A DNA stretch of 64,000 nt. It comes from the human T2T-CHM13v2.0 reference genome, Homo sapiens. The stretch is from the NCBI RefSeq assembly GCF_009914755.1, contig NC_060932.1; one strand, written 5' to 3'. Below, in pieces: positions 1-17,724 of this stretch (position 1 is the first letter of the stretch; each line of letters begins with the position of its first letter). The position numbers were made by a program, and so were the translations under genes. The notes below the pieces were generated by a model. That model was not told where the DNA came from. It saw only the letters and a list, made by a program, of their open reading frames with translations, and ran no database searches.

Positions 1-156
1 GTGAAGATACAATATAAGTACATATACTATTTTTTGTTTTTAAAATGTGTGCATTTGTATATCCTTTTACGTCCTTATTTTTCTCCCAAATAATGATACT
101 CTTTATATTCTGAAATGGATGCCAAAAGTCCATATGTCACTGCCTTCCTGTGATAG

Positions 157-403
<247 letters not shown>

Positions 404-1135
404 AACATTTTCTAGTCCCTTAAAATAGGTTAGTGATTGTTGGCTCCAGAAGACGAAGTTTAGGCTGAAATGGATATTGTGAATATGATAGACTTAGGAA
501 CTAAGTGCAAGGAGGAAGAGGTCCCTCTTTAGCCTCCTTTTTATATTGCAGGGTTATTGGCTATAATTATTCCACCTCGGCTTTGTCCTAATTTCTCTTT
601 ACTGGTTATATAAATCCTAACTTTCCTTTGAAATTGACTTCAAAGGTTTCCTTCTGTCAAGACCAAGTTATTCTTTTGAAACTAAACAGGGTGCTTTTTT
701 TCTTTAGCTGCTGCTTATGCCTTCATATTGATTCCTTGAAGTCTTTATAAGTTTTATTATTGGTGTCTTAAAAAAAATACTTTGCTTTTTAAAGTAAAAG
801 TGTTTCTAAGCTACGTGTGGACAATGAGGATTAGTATTCTGTCTTTGAAGCTTGATCCTCAGACCTTTAATGTGAAGATTTACTTTTTTGCATTGTTATT
901 TCAGGGTTAACCCTTAATTCTAAACACTTAGATCTGAGATAAGATTTTCTAAAAGGGCTGCTAAAAGTTGTGTTTCTTATTTTCGGTATGGTTCATGGAA
1001 CATTCTATGCCTCCTATTGTTGTGTTGGAATGGTTGGGAAGGAAGGAGGAAGAATAAGCTTTAACAAATACCTCCAAACATAATTTATTTCCTTCCACAG
1101 GGTTTCTGATCTCTAACTTGGCTGTGATCATTGTG

Positions 1136-1214
1136 ATGGAGCAAGAAAAAAAACTGTTGGTCTCAGATTCTAACAGCTTTATGGAGAGGGAGAGTTTGAA
1201 AAGCCCTTTCACAG
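1136..1214 (+). CDS. ZNF572: ZNF572 first coding exon (MEQEKKLLVSDSNSFMERESLKSPFT-G)
   Basis: Acceptor ccttccacag ends at 1100, ATG at 1136, donor ACAG|GTGAGG at 1214/1215. The 79 coding nt (phase 1) join in frame to the exon at 1843. Confidence 0.93.
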
Positions 1215-1784
1215 GTGAGGGATCAAGACGATGATCTGAATCCTTAGGAAATTTGATGTAGAAAGAACAGGACACTAGAATGAGACAAACCTTAATTTAA
1301 TTCCTTGTTCTGTCACTTATAAGCTGTGTTAATTATTTCAGCCTCATTGTTCTCATCTTTAAGAAAATGAATAATATCTATTTCACATATATTTTAGAAT
1401 TAGTGAGATACCGTATCCAAAGCTACTGTTCTTAATAAATAGTGGCTATTGTTATTTCTATAGCATTTGCTCAGATTTTAGCAAAGCTATTGTCTAGTTT
1501 TTACCTGAGATGGTATCCTGTTCAATTTAACTTCTATTCACATCAATCCTGTTTTTTCTCTTAAGTCTTCTAGAACAAAACCTAATGCATTTATTTTTAG
1601 ATTGATGTTCCCTTTGCCAATAATGATTCAAATAATTCATTATTGTTGTTGCTAGGTACAAAAAAAAATCCACCTGCTTCTGGTAAACAGAGGAAAAGAA
1701 GTAAAACTGTCTTTAAAAACTTTTTTATATGAAATTATTTATGAGGTTTTACAGTGTTATTTCCTCTCTTCCACTGCAATTTAG

Positions 1785-3353
<1,569 letters not shown>

Positions 3354-3864
3354 GTCCCAAAGCCTGGTTGGTGATGGTTTTTTCTTCCTTGTTGGACCAT
3401 GACAATTTAGGTATTCTGTGATTGTTGTGCTATAAAGTTTCTTTGATGTGTTTGTCAAAACATTTGGAAAAAGTCAACCTCCCAGTTTAAAGGATGGGAA
3501 GACCCCAATCACCAGGTTATTGGATCTGTCCAGTGAGAGATTCATCCACCAAGGATGAAGAAAGGAGGACTTTTAAAAATTTAAGGTAAGATAGTAATAG
3601 CTTCAAAAGAACACATACAGAGTAATCCTGAGAGTAAGCAAAGGAACCATGAGAACCGAAGCTAGAATTGCTATTGAATTACTTTATTTTCTCTTCCCTT
3701 ATTGGGTAGAGATACATCATTACTGGCCTCAGGGGTTTACCCAAAGAAAGGGTATTTTTGAGCAAATAATGTGATTTCCTGGCTATTTTGTTGGGGGCTT
3801 AAGATTTTTTTTTTTCAAATGCATTTTTAGTCACTAAAAATTAACTGTCGTACCATCTAGAACT

Positions 3865-4025
3865 ATACTGTCCAGTACCATAGCCTCTAGCCGTATGTAG
3901 CTATTTGTATTAAGATTAATTGAAATTTTAAATCCAGTTCCTCAGTCACACTAGCCACTTTCTAAGTGCTCAGTAGCTCTGTGTGACCAGCGGCTACTGT
4001 ATTGGATATTATAGAAGGTTCTTTC
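3865..4025. mobile_element. MER3/MER33-like hAT-Charlie MITE in ZNF572 3' UTR
   Basis: Resembles the consensus motif ccagttcctcagtcacactagccac...agtgctcagtagc...ggctactgtattgga. Confidence 0.6.
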
Positions 4026-4812
4026 ATTCAAGATCATCATTCTTGACAGACCCATAAATATTTCCTATAAAGACTGTAGAAGTGTGTTCTGGAGGGTTTG
4101 CTCTCCAAAAGGAATTGTAATATAGAGTAGAATTGGGATAGAGTATTGAAGACACTGGGTTTAGACATTGGATATTTTAATGATTGTGTGTTCTAATTCA
4201 TGTGCTGCCAACTGAGTTATCTAGTGATATGACCTCACTGTCTTGACCAAAGCCAGAATAGAAGGCAGGATTCCTGAATTCTATCTTAAAATTTGCAATG
4301 AAGAGCCTTTTCCCTAAATTATCCCATTATGTAATTCTTGGTCAGCTCAAGAACTGGGTTCTTTTTCTAATAATTAACTCACTAAATCTGAGCCAGTGTC
4401 CAAGGACAGTTTGTCATTAAGGAGTACTGAGACTTCTTAGCTTTGGTACTGACAGTTTTCTTTTGCCTCTTGACATAATTGGTATATGGATCTGATAACT
4501 GAGGTCCCATCTTCCCTACTCATTCCTATGGGAATGATGCTTTGGAAATTATTAGATATATCCTATTCCCTTCCTCCCATTTTTTTCCTGCTAGTGCAAA
4601 AGGTAGATGAGTAGGAAGATTAGGACTCCTGAGTTGCCCATGATTTCATCTAATTTTTGGATTCAGAATGTATTTTATGAATAATATGCAGAGATGCATA
4701 TTAGGAATGTGAAGCCAGAATGGGTCAGTTGTAGCTGCTGCAAAGTTCTGTAGCTGATGGTCATTTAATTGCATGGGGATTATTTTATCTTTCATGATTG
4801 TGGTGCACCTGA

Positions 4813-5575
<763 letters not shown>

Positions 5576-7098
5576 CATTATTGGCTTTTGTGTGACCTCA
5601 CCTGAGTATTTTTCTATCTTTGTATGTTATCTAGTATTGCCCAAATTTTCTTAAATTGTAATATTTCAGGACAAGTTTTTATGGTAACAGTTTGATTAAT
5701 GCTTGATAACTAAGGAGTTATCAGCTTAGGAGTTGGCTGATAAACTTAGGAGTTTGCTGTTGAGGCTGAAATTCAGTTACAAGGCAGCAGTGGTTGGGGT
5801 GATACAAAATCAATGCTCTGTGGTAGGTAACCACTCTGAGCCTCAGTTCCCTCATCTGTAAAGCAGAAATAATGCCTACCTTACAGGGTTACCATAAACA
5901 TTAAATGAATGTTTGCAAAGCATATAGCACAGTGCTTAAACATAGCAGGGTATCAATAAATGATAATTAGTTGCTGCCATTATTATTAATTGAAACAAAC
6001 TGAAAAAAAATGTTATCCACATGTTTTAGAAATAGGAAGTAGTAGTACAGCCCCAAACTTATCTTACTTGTAGATTCTTTATGATCAACTTCAGGAATTT
6101 TAAGGGATAAAATATTGGAAAAGCACAGGACTATATTGTTTGCAGACTGTCTAAAACACTTTTATTCACTTTGTAAGCAGCTATAACAAAGAAACAGGAA
6201 ATTTTACTAAATTTTCTTTTTATTCATGAAACAAAGGATTTGGTTTAACTTGGGAAAGAACAAAGTCGCAAGTTCAATTGAAGTTAATTTGCATCTGAAG
6301 AGATTAATAACAGGTACAATTTATGTCCTGTCACCATCACCTATACAATGTACTATGATGGCTGGCAATATATAAAACCTATTTCACAAACCTTGATGTC
6401 TACCAGAATAAAGATGTTCATATCTTAGATGGGTTAAGATGGGCTCCATTAGTAGAAAAATTTGGCAAAAATCCTTGTCTCTTTGGATTGAAAATGAGGA
6501 AAACAAGAGATTTGTACCTTATGATGGAGAAGATAACATAGTCAAACATAATATGTGATACTTTTATCTCTGTTTCATTAATCAGCAAGTAGGCTCTTTG
6601 TTTAGCTCCATGAGAAAGAAATTCTATATTCTCTATTTTTCTTGCTAGCATAAAGGACTCAGCATGTGAATAAAGAAAGCATTCTTTATTTATGAGTGAT
6701 TTATTTCATAGTTTCTTTTTAATTAAATAGAAGAGACCTATAATGTATATTTTTCCTACTCAAAGAAGGAGCTCATATATATTTTCCATACCATAGCATA
6801 GGGAGAGCCATGTCAATGCATGTACTCACAACTATAGGAGGGAACTCACTCCCTAACTGCTGTACAGCCTACCAGAGGGCATGTAAGCATAAGTCTCTAT
6901 TGTAATCAAGGTAAAGTCTTAATCCCATCATCCCAAGTCATCCAAGTGGGGTCTACCAAATGGGCCTTCTCCTTAGTGCTGTAGAAGTTTCTTCACTGAT
7001 GGTGAGAGGTAGTGGAGTACAGCGCTACTGTGACTATTGCCCTTTATACGTTAATCTGACAGATTGATCTCAGCCAGTCTCATTTTCTGAAATCATGG

Positions 7099-7571
7099 TG
7101 TTTTAGTATCTTTAGTGTTGCCATAACAGAATACCTTAGCTGGGCAATTTATAAAGAAAAGAGGTTTATTTGGCTCATGATTCTGATGGCTGGAAAGTCC
7201 AAGAGCATGGGGCCAGCATCTGCTTGCTTCTGGTGAGGGCTTCTGTGCTGTGTCATAACATGGCAGAAGGTCAAGGGTGAAGGGAGCACGTGCAAAGGGG
7301 CAGAACATGAGAGTTGTAATCATAACAGCTCGCTCTCAGAAACTAATCCTGTCTCATGGGAGAGAGAGGTCTCACGTGAGAGAGAGAGGTCACTCACTGA
7401 CAAGAACTGTAGAAGAATTGGCAGCATGCTGCCCATATGAGCAGAGGGAGCCCCCGTGACTCAGATGCCTCCCATTAGGCCCCACTTCTTAAAGGTACCA
7501 CCTCCCAACATTGCTGCACTGGGAATTAAGGTCCCAACATGAGTTTTGGTGGGAACACTCAACTCATAGCA
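7099..7571 (-). mobile_element. MaLR solo LTR (MST family)
   Basis: Contains aatttataaagaaaagaggtttatttggctcatgattctgatggctggaaagtccaag; ends in ...catagca, typical of MST LTRs. Confidence 0.8.
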
Positions 7572-7596
7572 TTTGGTAACAACAAGACTGTCGTTA

Positions 7597-8263
7597 CAGT
7601 AGTCCCCCCTTATCCAAGGTTTTGCTTTCTGGGGTTTTAGTTACCCTTGGTCAACCATGGTCTGAAAATATTACATCACTACTCTTGCCCTTTGGGGCCT
7701 TTATTCAGTAAGGTAAGGATTATTTGAAGATAAGCATTGTGATACCACAACAGTAGATGTGATAACTGAGATGGCTACTAAGTGATTTATAGCAATCCAG
7801 GCCAGAAATGGTGGGACAGTGAGACATTTTGTCATGCTACTCAGAACAGCAGGCAGTTTAAAACTTAGAAATTATTTCTGGAGTTTTCTATTTACATCAC
7901 AATGCCTACATCATTTATTTCATTTCATATCATCATGAAGCCATTGTACTATTTCATCATTACCTCAAGAAGAAAGGTAAGTACAGTACAATAAGATATT
8001 TTGAGAGGCCACATTCACATAACTATTACAGTATATTGTTATAATTGTTCTATTTATTTAGTTATTGTTAATCTCTTACTGTACCTCATTTATAAATTAA
8101 AATGTATCATATCATTTAATTTATGTGATAAAATTAAACTTTATCATACATAAACTTTATGTATGGAAAAAACTTAGTACATATAGGATTCAGTACTGTC
8201 CTTGGTTTCAGGCATCTACCAGAAATCTTGGAATGTGTCCCCAGCAGATAAGGGGGACTACTA
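7597..8263. mobile_element. MER44 (Tigger7-derived) DNA transposon
   Basis: Terminal inverted repeats CAGTAGTCCCCCCTTATC / GATAAGGGGGACTACTA, preceded by TA. Confidence 0.8.
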
Positions 8264-8873
8264 TGCTTTTTAAAAAGCATAGTAGTATAACCATTCATTC
8301 AACAAAAATTTATTTGATGCCTAACATGTATTTAGCAGAGGTCATGTGACAATGGGAGGGGCAAATGTGAGGACAATGCAGTTGTAGGAAAACATGCAGC
8401 TTTTTGCTTGGCTACTTTCTCCTTGGCAGCTCTGGAACTACACTTACTCTACTGAATCCTTCATCTTCAAACTTAATAGATGATCTGAAAAGCTAGAGAT
8501 AACAATAGATTAAAGTGGGTTATGTTTGCTCTGTGAAAATGCAGGCTCTCCGAAGTTTGACAGTGCTTTGCACATAGTTGTTCTTAATAGTTATTGAGTG
8601 GGTGTCATATGCTTATGTGTTTTATGCTAATGTCTAAGCATATGCCCTTCCAGGATATGGATCCATTTTTGTGACTGAATGGATCAAGTTTTGTAACCCT
8701 TAAGCCTAACACAGAGTCTGGCATATGAAGTGTCTATGGGTTTTGGTTGAGGGGTTTTCACCAGTGAATAAAGTCTACTGGATTAGATTGTATAATCTCA
8801 ATGTCTCCTTGGGCTGGTTTGTAAATGAAAGTTGCTGTGATAGGAGGCTGGGTGTATCCTCACACTAACCTTA

Positions 8874-9274
<401 letters not shown>

Positions 9275-9865
9275 TCAGTCACTTTCTAGCTTTGTATTTT
9301 GTACTTACCTTGTAGATTTGGTAAGCAGTGAATGAGGTGAACTTGGCATATCATAGGTGTTAAGGAAATACTTTTTTCCTTTTCTCTCCACCTCATTTGC
9401 TCATAATTTTGCCAGAGATAGACTTTAGGGACAGAAATGTTTAATCATTTGTTGTATGGATTATTTCTAGGTTTCTAAAATAGAGACATTAATAACGCTT
9501 AGCTCATGGGTTTATTGTGAGTATCAGTGAGATGATGTATGTAAAGTGCTCAGTATTCCTGATACTTAGTCATCACTCAGTATTAACTGTTACTACCATT
9601 GTTATCATCAAAGGTGGCTCCAGACCAGCATGGGTCTTTGGATCGTCTTTGAAGTTAGCCTCAGAGATATGACTGTCCCCTGAGGCCACTAAAATAGTGC
9701 AATCTTTTTATTATTATTTATGCCATGAGTAGGAAGGGCCATGAATAAGTGTGGGGACATGAATAATAGCAAACTGTTCAGGAGGCTGATAATGTAGCAC
9801 ATCATTTTTATAATATGGCAGCCAGTTGAGCAACTGCTGCATTTTCTGTTTAAAAATTATTCCCA

Positions 9866-10215
9866 GCTGGGTGTGGTGGCTTATGCTTATAATCCCAGCA
9901 CTTTGTGGGATGCAGAGGTGGGAAGATCACTTGAGCCCAGGAGTTGGAGACCATCCTGGGCAACATAGTGGGACCCTGTCTCTACAGAAATTAAAGTTTA
10001 AAAAAAAATACCCTACCTGTCACTCCTCTATCTCTTTTATTTCTATTTTGTTCTCGTTTACCTCTTTCTGGCCCTAACCTCTGCCTCATCTGTCCTTATG
10101 CCAACCCAAATTTAAGATTTTTTCTTTTTAAGAGACAGGGTCTTGCTCTGTCATCCAGGCTGGAGTGCAGTGGTGCGATCATGGCCCACTGTAACCTTGA
10201 ACTCCTGGGCTCAAA
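9866..10215. mobile_element. Alu monomer (FLAM-like, +, ~9866-10010) and an antisense Alu fragment (~10130-10215)
   Basis: Partial Alu consensus matches. Confidence 0.75.
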
Positions 10216-11051
10216 TGAGCTTTTTCCTACCATTTAATTTGTTCCCCATCCTTTCCTCTCATCACCCTCCCCTCTACCCCTGCTATGAGGTTGGAATCAA
10301 GTCAAAGCTGAGGATGGTGCAAGTGTTGGGGTTAGTTAGAAGGATACAGATGGAAACAGAATGCCAGGCAATCATGACATAGTGCGCCTGTAGCCGCTTC
10401 CAAGCAGAGGTGGCTTGTGGGCGCTAAGACAGCCAGGTTTCTGATGTAACATTGCTTGACTCTGTACATATTCTAGAATATGGTAAACTCAGTACATATT
10501 CTAGAATTTGACAGGTTGAGGGATGGAATGAAAGCTTGATTGAGAAATGAACATTATTAATTTTGAGCCTTACTGAGTCATGGATAAATGTTCACATTAA
10601 GAACATATTAGTTCATTAGACTGATAGACAAAGGTGAAAGATTTTCCCCCTTAACATTGCTTTTTTCTGATTAAAGTAATACTTACTAATTGTAAAATAT
10701 ACAAAGAAGTATAAATTAGGAAATACATTTAAGTATGAAGGCCAGAATTAAAATGACCCATAATAATTTTTTCCAGAGATTAGTTACCTTGAAAATGCTG
10801 AGGTCTTTCCCAGTAACCTCTTTTCTAAGCATATATATGAATAAATATTTAAAATTGGATTATATGGAGTGTATGTGTGAGTGTGTGTGTGTGAGTGTAG
10901 CATTGTGTCTTATTTTTTTCTTAATATTACATCATTTGTCATTTTACTTGTTTTAAAATTGTTAGGAAGCTTTTAGTGGCTTCATAATATACTGAACTGT
11001 TGTGTCATAACAATGTAATTGTTTTAATTTAGGATATTTATATTGTTTCTA

Positions 11052-11710
<659 letters not shown>

Positions 11711-11819
11711 TTAGCTGCTGTTTTGTTTTACTGTTGTGGTTGTGATTGTTTGGTCTTGCTTTTATGCTTTTTTTTAAAAAAATATAAGTCTTAAAGTACA
11801 TGTCTAATTATTTCCTTAG

Positions 11820-12528
11820 CATAAATTTCTAAAAGTGAGATTATTGAATCAGTGGGCATAAATGATTTTAAAGGCATTTTGTTTAATTGCTCTCCAGAAA
11901 TTATATCAGTTTAAAGTATCCCAGTGGAAGAATTTTCTTAAACACCTTTTTTTGGGGGACAAAGAAGAACAAATCATATGTAAATAGATCATATATTATT
12001 ATAATTCAAGGTCAACACATTAATATGATGAAAAACTTCTCTTGAGATTTTGTTTTGTTTTGTTTTTGAGACAGGGTCTTGCTTTGTTGCCTAGGCTGTA
12101 CAGTACACTGGTGTAGTCACGGCTCTCTGCAGCCTTGACCTCCCAGGCTCAAGCAATCCTTCTACCTCAGCCTCCCAAGTAGCTAGGACTATAGGCACAC
12201 CACCTTGCCCTGCTATTTTTTTTACTTTTATTTTGTAGATATGGGGTCTTGTATGTTGCCCAAGCTGGTTTTGAACTCCTGGCTCAAGTGATCCTCCTGC
12301 CTTGGCCTCCCAAAGTTCTGGGATTACAGGCATGAGCCACTGCACCTTGCCTGAGATGGTTTTTATAAGATAATCTTGTTCCTCCTCTCCTGGTCTTAGG
12401 ATCAACTGAGATTCACCTTGGGTTGAATCATTTTAAGAATTACTTTGACTTTTCCTTTTGCTGCCCTAGACATAATTTCAAGGGACATCTTCAGGAGCTG
12501 CTTTAAGAACTAGGGAAATAAGATGAGG
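11820..12528 (+). repeat. Copy 1 of a ~400-bp direct duplication flanking the ERV-L (interrupted by an antisense AluJ ~12045-12350)
   Basis: Colinear similarity to 17725-18126; 12395-12444 vs 17998-18047 match at 47/50. Confidence 0.85.
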
Positions 12529-15500
12529 TTTTGGTACCAGGAGTACTTCCAGAGGAACAGAATTTTAAGGGTGGATTTTCGTAACTGGTTTTGGGGTTTC
12601 TGGAATTGGCTCTTTAATCTGATTAGAGCTAAAAATGCTAAAGACTCTCTACTTCTAATAGTACAGACAGCACTGATAGTCCATGGCTGAGTTGTTTATA
12701 GAGATACGCAAAATAAATGCATGTGACACTCCTAATTCACCACTTATAAGAAGCAATGCACTTGGTGATTCTGTACATGATACTTTAGGATATTTGTGGA
12801 AAATCAAGAAACATAATGACATTAGTTGGTTACTACTAATATTGCTGGGCAAAGTAATGAAAGAAAAGGATGAGCTCAGGGATTTGAATTCTCAGCTCCA
12901 GGTATACATAAATAGTCTCGAAACTTCTAAGTGTTCCCTGAAGGAGAATCTTCTCCCCAGTAGCCTTTGGGTTGAAATTACTGAAAACCAAACGCAAGCC
13001 CTGATCATGCAACTAGCTTACCTACAAAGAAAGGTGCACTCAGCCTCACAGGATGTTTACTGTTAAAGTGAGGGCATTGATTGGGAAAGAATGGGAATAA
13101 TTGGATTCCAAGGTGGCAGGGTCCAAGTGGCAAAACTCAACTGCCAAAGGCAAGGTGGGCATAGTTATCATAATGAGCGAACAGCAGAGGCAATCCAACA
13201 ATCAGAATAATCTGACTCATGTAGACATTTGGCTTTGGCTAATTAATCTTGATGTTCCTAGAAGTGAAATAGATGGGAAGCTTACTACATTCTTAAGCAG
13301 AAAACTTCCAGGTCAAGTGAACAAAAGTCTAACTCAAATATTAAAAACAGATCATCATGGCCACTCAATTTCCACACTTGAGCCAGTTTACAGACCCAGA
13401 ACCCCTTGAATAAAGGGTACCCTACCCTTCATTTGGGTATACTACCAAACCTTTATACTGTTTATACCTCCGGCCTTTTACTAGGGTAACTGCGCATTGG
13501 GGAAAGAGAAATAATCAGAACTTTCAGGGAACTACTGACAACTGGCTCTGAACTGACATTGATTCCAGGAGACCCAAAATATGGTGGCCGTCCAGTCAGA
13601 GTAGCAGCTTATAGAGGTCAGGTGATCAGTGGAGTGTTAGCTCAGGTTTGACTTAACAGTGGGTCCAGTGAGTCCCCAAACCATCCTGTGGTCACTTCCC
13701 CAGTTCCAGAATTCCTAGTTGGAATACACATACTTAGCATACTGAGCAGAATTTCCACATTGGTTGCCTCACCTGTGGAGTGAGGGATATTATGATTGGA
13801 AAGGCCAAATGGAAGCCATTAGAGCTGCGTCTGCCTGGGAAAATAGTAAATCAGAAATCGTATCACATCTTTGGAGGGATTTCAGAGATTAGTGCCACCA
13901 TGAAGGACTTGAAAGATGCAGAGGTGGTGGTTCCCTGCCCATTCTTATTCAACTCTCTGCCCTGTGTAGAAGACAGGATCTTGGGGAATACAGCGGATGA
14001 CTGTAAGCTTAACCAAGTGGTGACTCCAATTGCAGCTGCTGTACCAGATGTGGTTTCATTGCTTGAACAAATTAACACATCCCTTGGTACCTGGTATGCA
14101 GCTACTGATGTAGCAAATGCATTTTTCTCCATACCTGTCCATAAGGGCCAGCAAAATACCTTCACTGTCCTGCCTCAGGTGTATATCAAGTCTCCAGCTC
14201 TGTGTCATAATTTAGTTTACAGAGATCTTGATTGCCTTTCCCTTCCACAAGATACCGCACTGGTCCATTACATTGATGACATTAAGCTGATTGTACCCAG
14301 TGAGTAAGAAGTAGCAACCACTCTGGACTTACTGGTAAGACATTTGTGTGTCAGAGGGTGGGATATGAATCCAACCCTCAGTGAAATTTCTAGGGGTCCA
14401 GTAGTGTGGGGCCTGTCGAGATATCCCTTCTAAGGTAAAGTTCTTGCATCTGGCCCCTGCTATAAACAGGAAACAATGCCTAGTGGGCCTATTTGGATTT
14501 TGGAAGGAACATGTTCCTCACTTGGGTGTGTTGCTTTGATCCATTTACTGAGTGACTAGAAAAGCTTCTAGATTCAAGAGGGGCTGCAACAGATCCCTGG
14601 CTATTATGCAAGCTGCACTGCCACTTGGGCCATATGATCCAGCTGATTCAATGGTACTTAAGATGTCAGTGGCTGATAGGGATGCTGTTTGGAGCCTTTG
14701 GCAGGACCCCATTGGTGAATCACAGTGGAGGCCTTTAGGATTTTGGAGCAAGGCCCTGCTATCATCCACAGATAACTACCCTCCTTTTGAAAGATAGCTC
14801 TTGGCCTGCTACTGGACCTTAGCAGAAACTAAATGGTTGATCATGGGCCACCAAGTTACCATGTGACCTGAACTGCCTATCATGAATGGGGTGTTATCTA
14901 ACCCACCAAGCCATAAAGTTGGGTGTGTACAGCAGCACTCCATCATCAAATGGAAGTAGGGTATTGATCAGCCTGAGCAGGTCCTGAAGGCAAGAGATTC
15001 CATGAGGAAGGGACTCAAATGCCTATGTTTCCTGCTGCTACACTCTCTCTCTCCTCTCTCCCAGCCTGCACCTTTGGCCTCATGGGGATGACTCTATGAT
15101 CAGTTGACAGAGGAAGAGAATACTAGGGCCTACTTTTCAGATGGTTCTTCGTATATGCAAGTACCACCAGAAAGTGGACAGCTACAGCACTGCAGCCCCT
15201 TTCTAGAACATCCCTGAAGGAAGGTAGTGAAGGGAAATCCTCCTGTGAACAGAATTTCAGTCAGTGCACCTTGTTGAGCACTTTGCTTGGAAGGAGAAAT
15301 GGCCAGATGTGTGATGACATGCTGATTCATGGGCGATAGCCAATAGTTTGACTGAATGGTCAAGAACTTGGAAGGAACATGATTGGAAAACTGGTGACAA
15401 AGGAATTTGGGGAAGAGGTTTTGTGGATAGACCTCTCTGAGTAAGCAAAAGATGTGATGATATTTGTGTGCCATATGAATGCTCACCAAAGGATGACCAC

Positions 15501-17179
15501 CTCAGCAGAGGAGAATTTTAATAATCGAGTGAATAGAATGACCTGTTCTGTGGATACCAGTAGACCTCTTTCCTTAGCCACCCCTATCATTGCCCAAAGG
15601 GCTCATAAGCAAAGTGGCCATGGTGGCAGGGATAGTGTTTATGCATGGACTCAGCAACACGGACCCCCACTTACCAAGGCCAACCTGGCTACAGCCACTT
15701 CTGAGTGTCCATTCTGCCAGCAAGAGACCAACATTGAGCTCCTGATATGGCACCATTCCCCAGGGTGATCAGTTATCTGGTGGCAGGTTGATTACAGTGG
15801 ACTGCTTCCATCACGGAAGGGACAGCCGTATGTCTTTACTGGAATAGACAGTTACTCTAGATATGGATTTGTCTTCCATTCATGCAAGGCTTCTGCCAAA
15901 ACTCCATCCATGGACTTACCAAATGCCTTATTCACCATCATGTTATTCCACACAGCATTGCTTCTGACCAAGGAACTCACTTCACAGCCAAAGAAGTGTG
16001 GCAATGGGCGCATGCTCATAGAATTAATTGGTTTTACCTTGTTTCCCATCATCCTGAAGCAGCTGGCTTAATAGAATGGCAGAATGACCTTCTGAAGTCA
16101 CAGTTACAGTGCTAGCTAGGTGACAATACTTTGCAGGACTGGAACAAGGTTCTTTAGAAGGCCGTATATGCTCTGAATCAGCATCCAATATATTATACTG
16201 TTTCTCCCATAGCCAGGACTCATGCATCCAGCAATCAAGGGGTGAAAATGGGAGTGGCACCACTCACCATTGCCCCTAATGACCCACTAGCAAAATGTTT
16301 GTTTTCTGTTCCAATGACATGTTCTGCTGGCCTAGAGGCATTAGTTCCAGAGGGAGGAATACTTTTACCAGCAGACACAACAATGATTTCATTGAATTGG
16401 AAGTTTAAAACTGCCACCGGGCCAACCTGGACTCCACACAGGCTAAGAAAGGAGTTAAGGTGTCGGCTGAGGTGATTGATCTGTACTACCAAGGGTGAAA
16501 TTGGACTATTACTCCACAATAGAGATAAGGAAGAGTTTGTCTGAAATACAGGAAGTCCCTTAGTTTTACCATGCCTTATGATTAAGGTCAATGGGAAACT
16601 ATTATACAATAACTGAATCTAGGCAGGACTACGAATGGCCCAGACCCTTTAGGAATGAAGGCTTATGTCACCCCACCAGCTAGAGAACCACAACCAGCTG
16701 AGGTGCTTGCTGAACTTGAAGGCAAATGGAATACAGCATATACGATAGAAGAAAGTAGTTATAAATACCAGCTATACCCACATGACCAGTTAACAGAATT
16801 GAGGACTGTAATTGTCATGACTATTTCCTCCCTATTTTGTTAAGAATACCTTCATGCATAGATACATACATCTTACACAGATATTTGTTGTCTTTCCTCT
16901 CTTATTCATTTAGCATTAACATAAAATTTATTGACTTTTAGTGTTTAAGTATTGTTAATTTTACATCACAGTATTTAAGTTATGGGATATCAGGAGAAGA
17001 GTAAACATCACTAAAGAAGTTCACCTTCTCTTCTGGGGATGGGATTTGTGCGTTTTTGGTTGTACACAGGATAGTTTTATCATGTTAGGTGGAATTATGA
17101 CCTTTTTATTGTTTTTATTTGGAGATGAAGTATGGTTTAAGGAGATGTGTATGGGTGATAGTTTAACAAGGGGTGGACT
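12527..17179 (+). mobile_element. ERV-L (HERVL/ERVL-B-type) internal region, degenerate gag-pol-dUTPase
   Basis: Starts with the PBS-like TTTTGGTACCAGGAG. Gag remnant (ORF 12683-13066); RT motifs DVANAFFSIP and LVHYIDD (13780-14307); integrase H..H..CPFC and SDQGTHF (15454-16115); dUTPase-like AGLEALVPEGGILLP after IN; polypurine tract aaggggtgga at ~17168-17177. Many stops and frameshifts. Confidence 0.93.
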
Positions 17180-17724
17180 TGCGACGGTTAATTTTAGGTG
17201 TCAACTTGACTGGATTAAGGGATGCCTAGATGGCTAGGGAAACATTATGTCTGGATGGGTCTGTGAGGGTGTTTCCAGAGGAGACTGATACAAGAGTCAG
17301 TGGACTGAGAGAGGAAGACCTGTCCTCAATATGGGCAGGCACCATCCAGGTAGCTAGGGGCCAGCTGGGACAAAGGGGGAAGATGGGAGACCCTTGTTCT
17401 CTGCTCTCTGTCTGCTTTCCAGATCTGGATGCCTGTTCTTCTCCTGCGCTTGGACATCAGACTCCAGGTTCTTTGGCTTTTGGACCCTGGGACTTGCACC
17501 AGGGTCCTCCCAGGATTGTCAGGCTTTTGTTCTCAAACTGTTCTCAAGCTGCATCATCTGAAGCTTCCAGACTAAGCCATGCTACTGGCTTTGCTGATGC
17601 TCCAGCCTGCACGTGGCCTATGGTGGGACTTTATCTCTTTTGCAGTGTGAGCCAGTTTTCCCTAATAAATTCCCTTCCATATATCCTGTTGCTTCTGTCT
17701 CTCTGGAGAACCCTTACTGATTCA
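17180..17724 (+). mobile_element. MLT2B-type 3' LTR of the ERV-L
   Basis: TG start (tgcgacggttaattttaggtgtcaacttgactggatt), AATAAA at ~17664, end ...ggagaacccttactgattCA. Confidence 0.9.

Noticed and set aside
5705-5756. Short repeated ttaggagtt units with a small ttatcagc/gctgataa inversion
   Set aside because: Too short to distinguish from local slippage.
12683-16843. ERV-L ORFs as a possible domesticated gene
   Set aside because: Fragmented by many stops, frameshifts and a large gag deletion.
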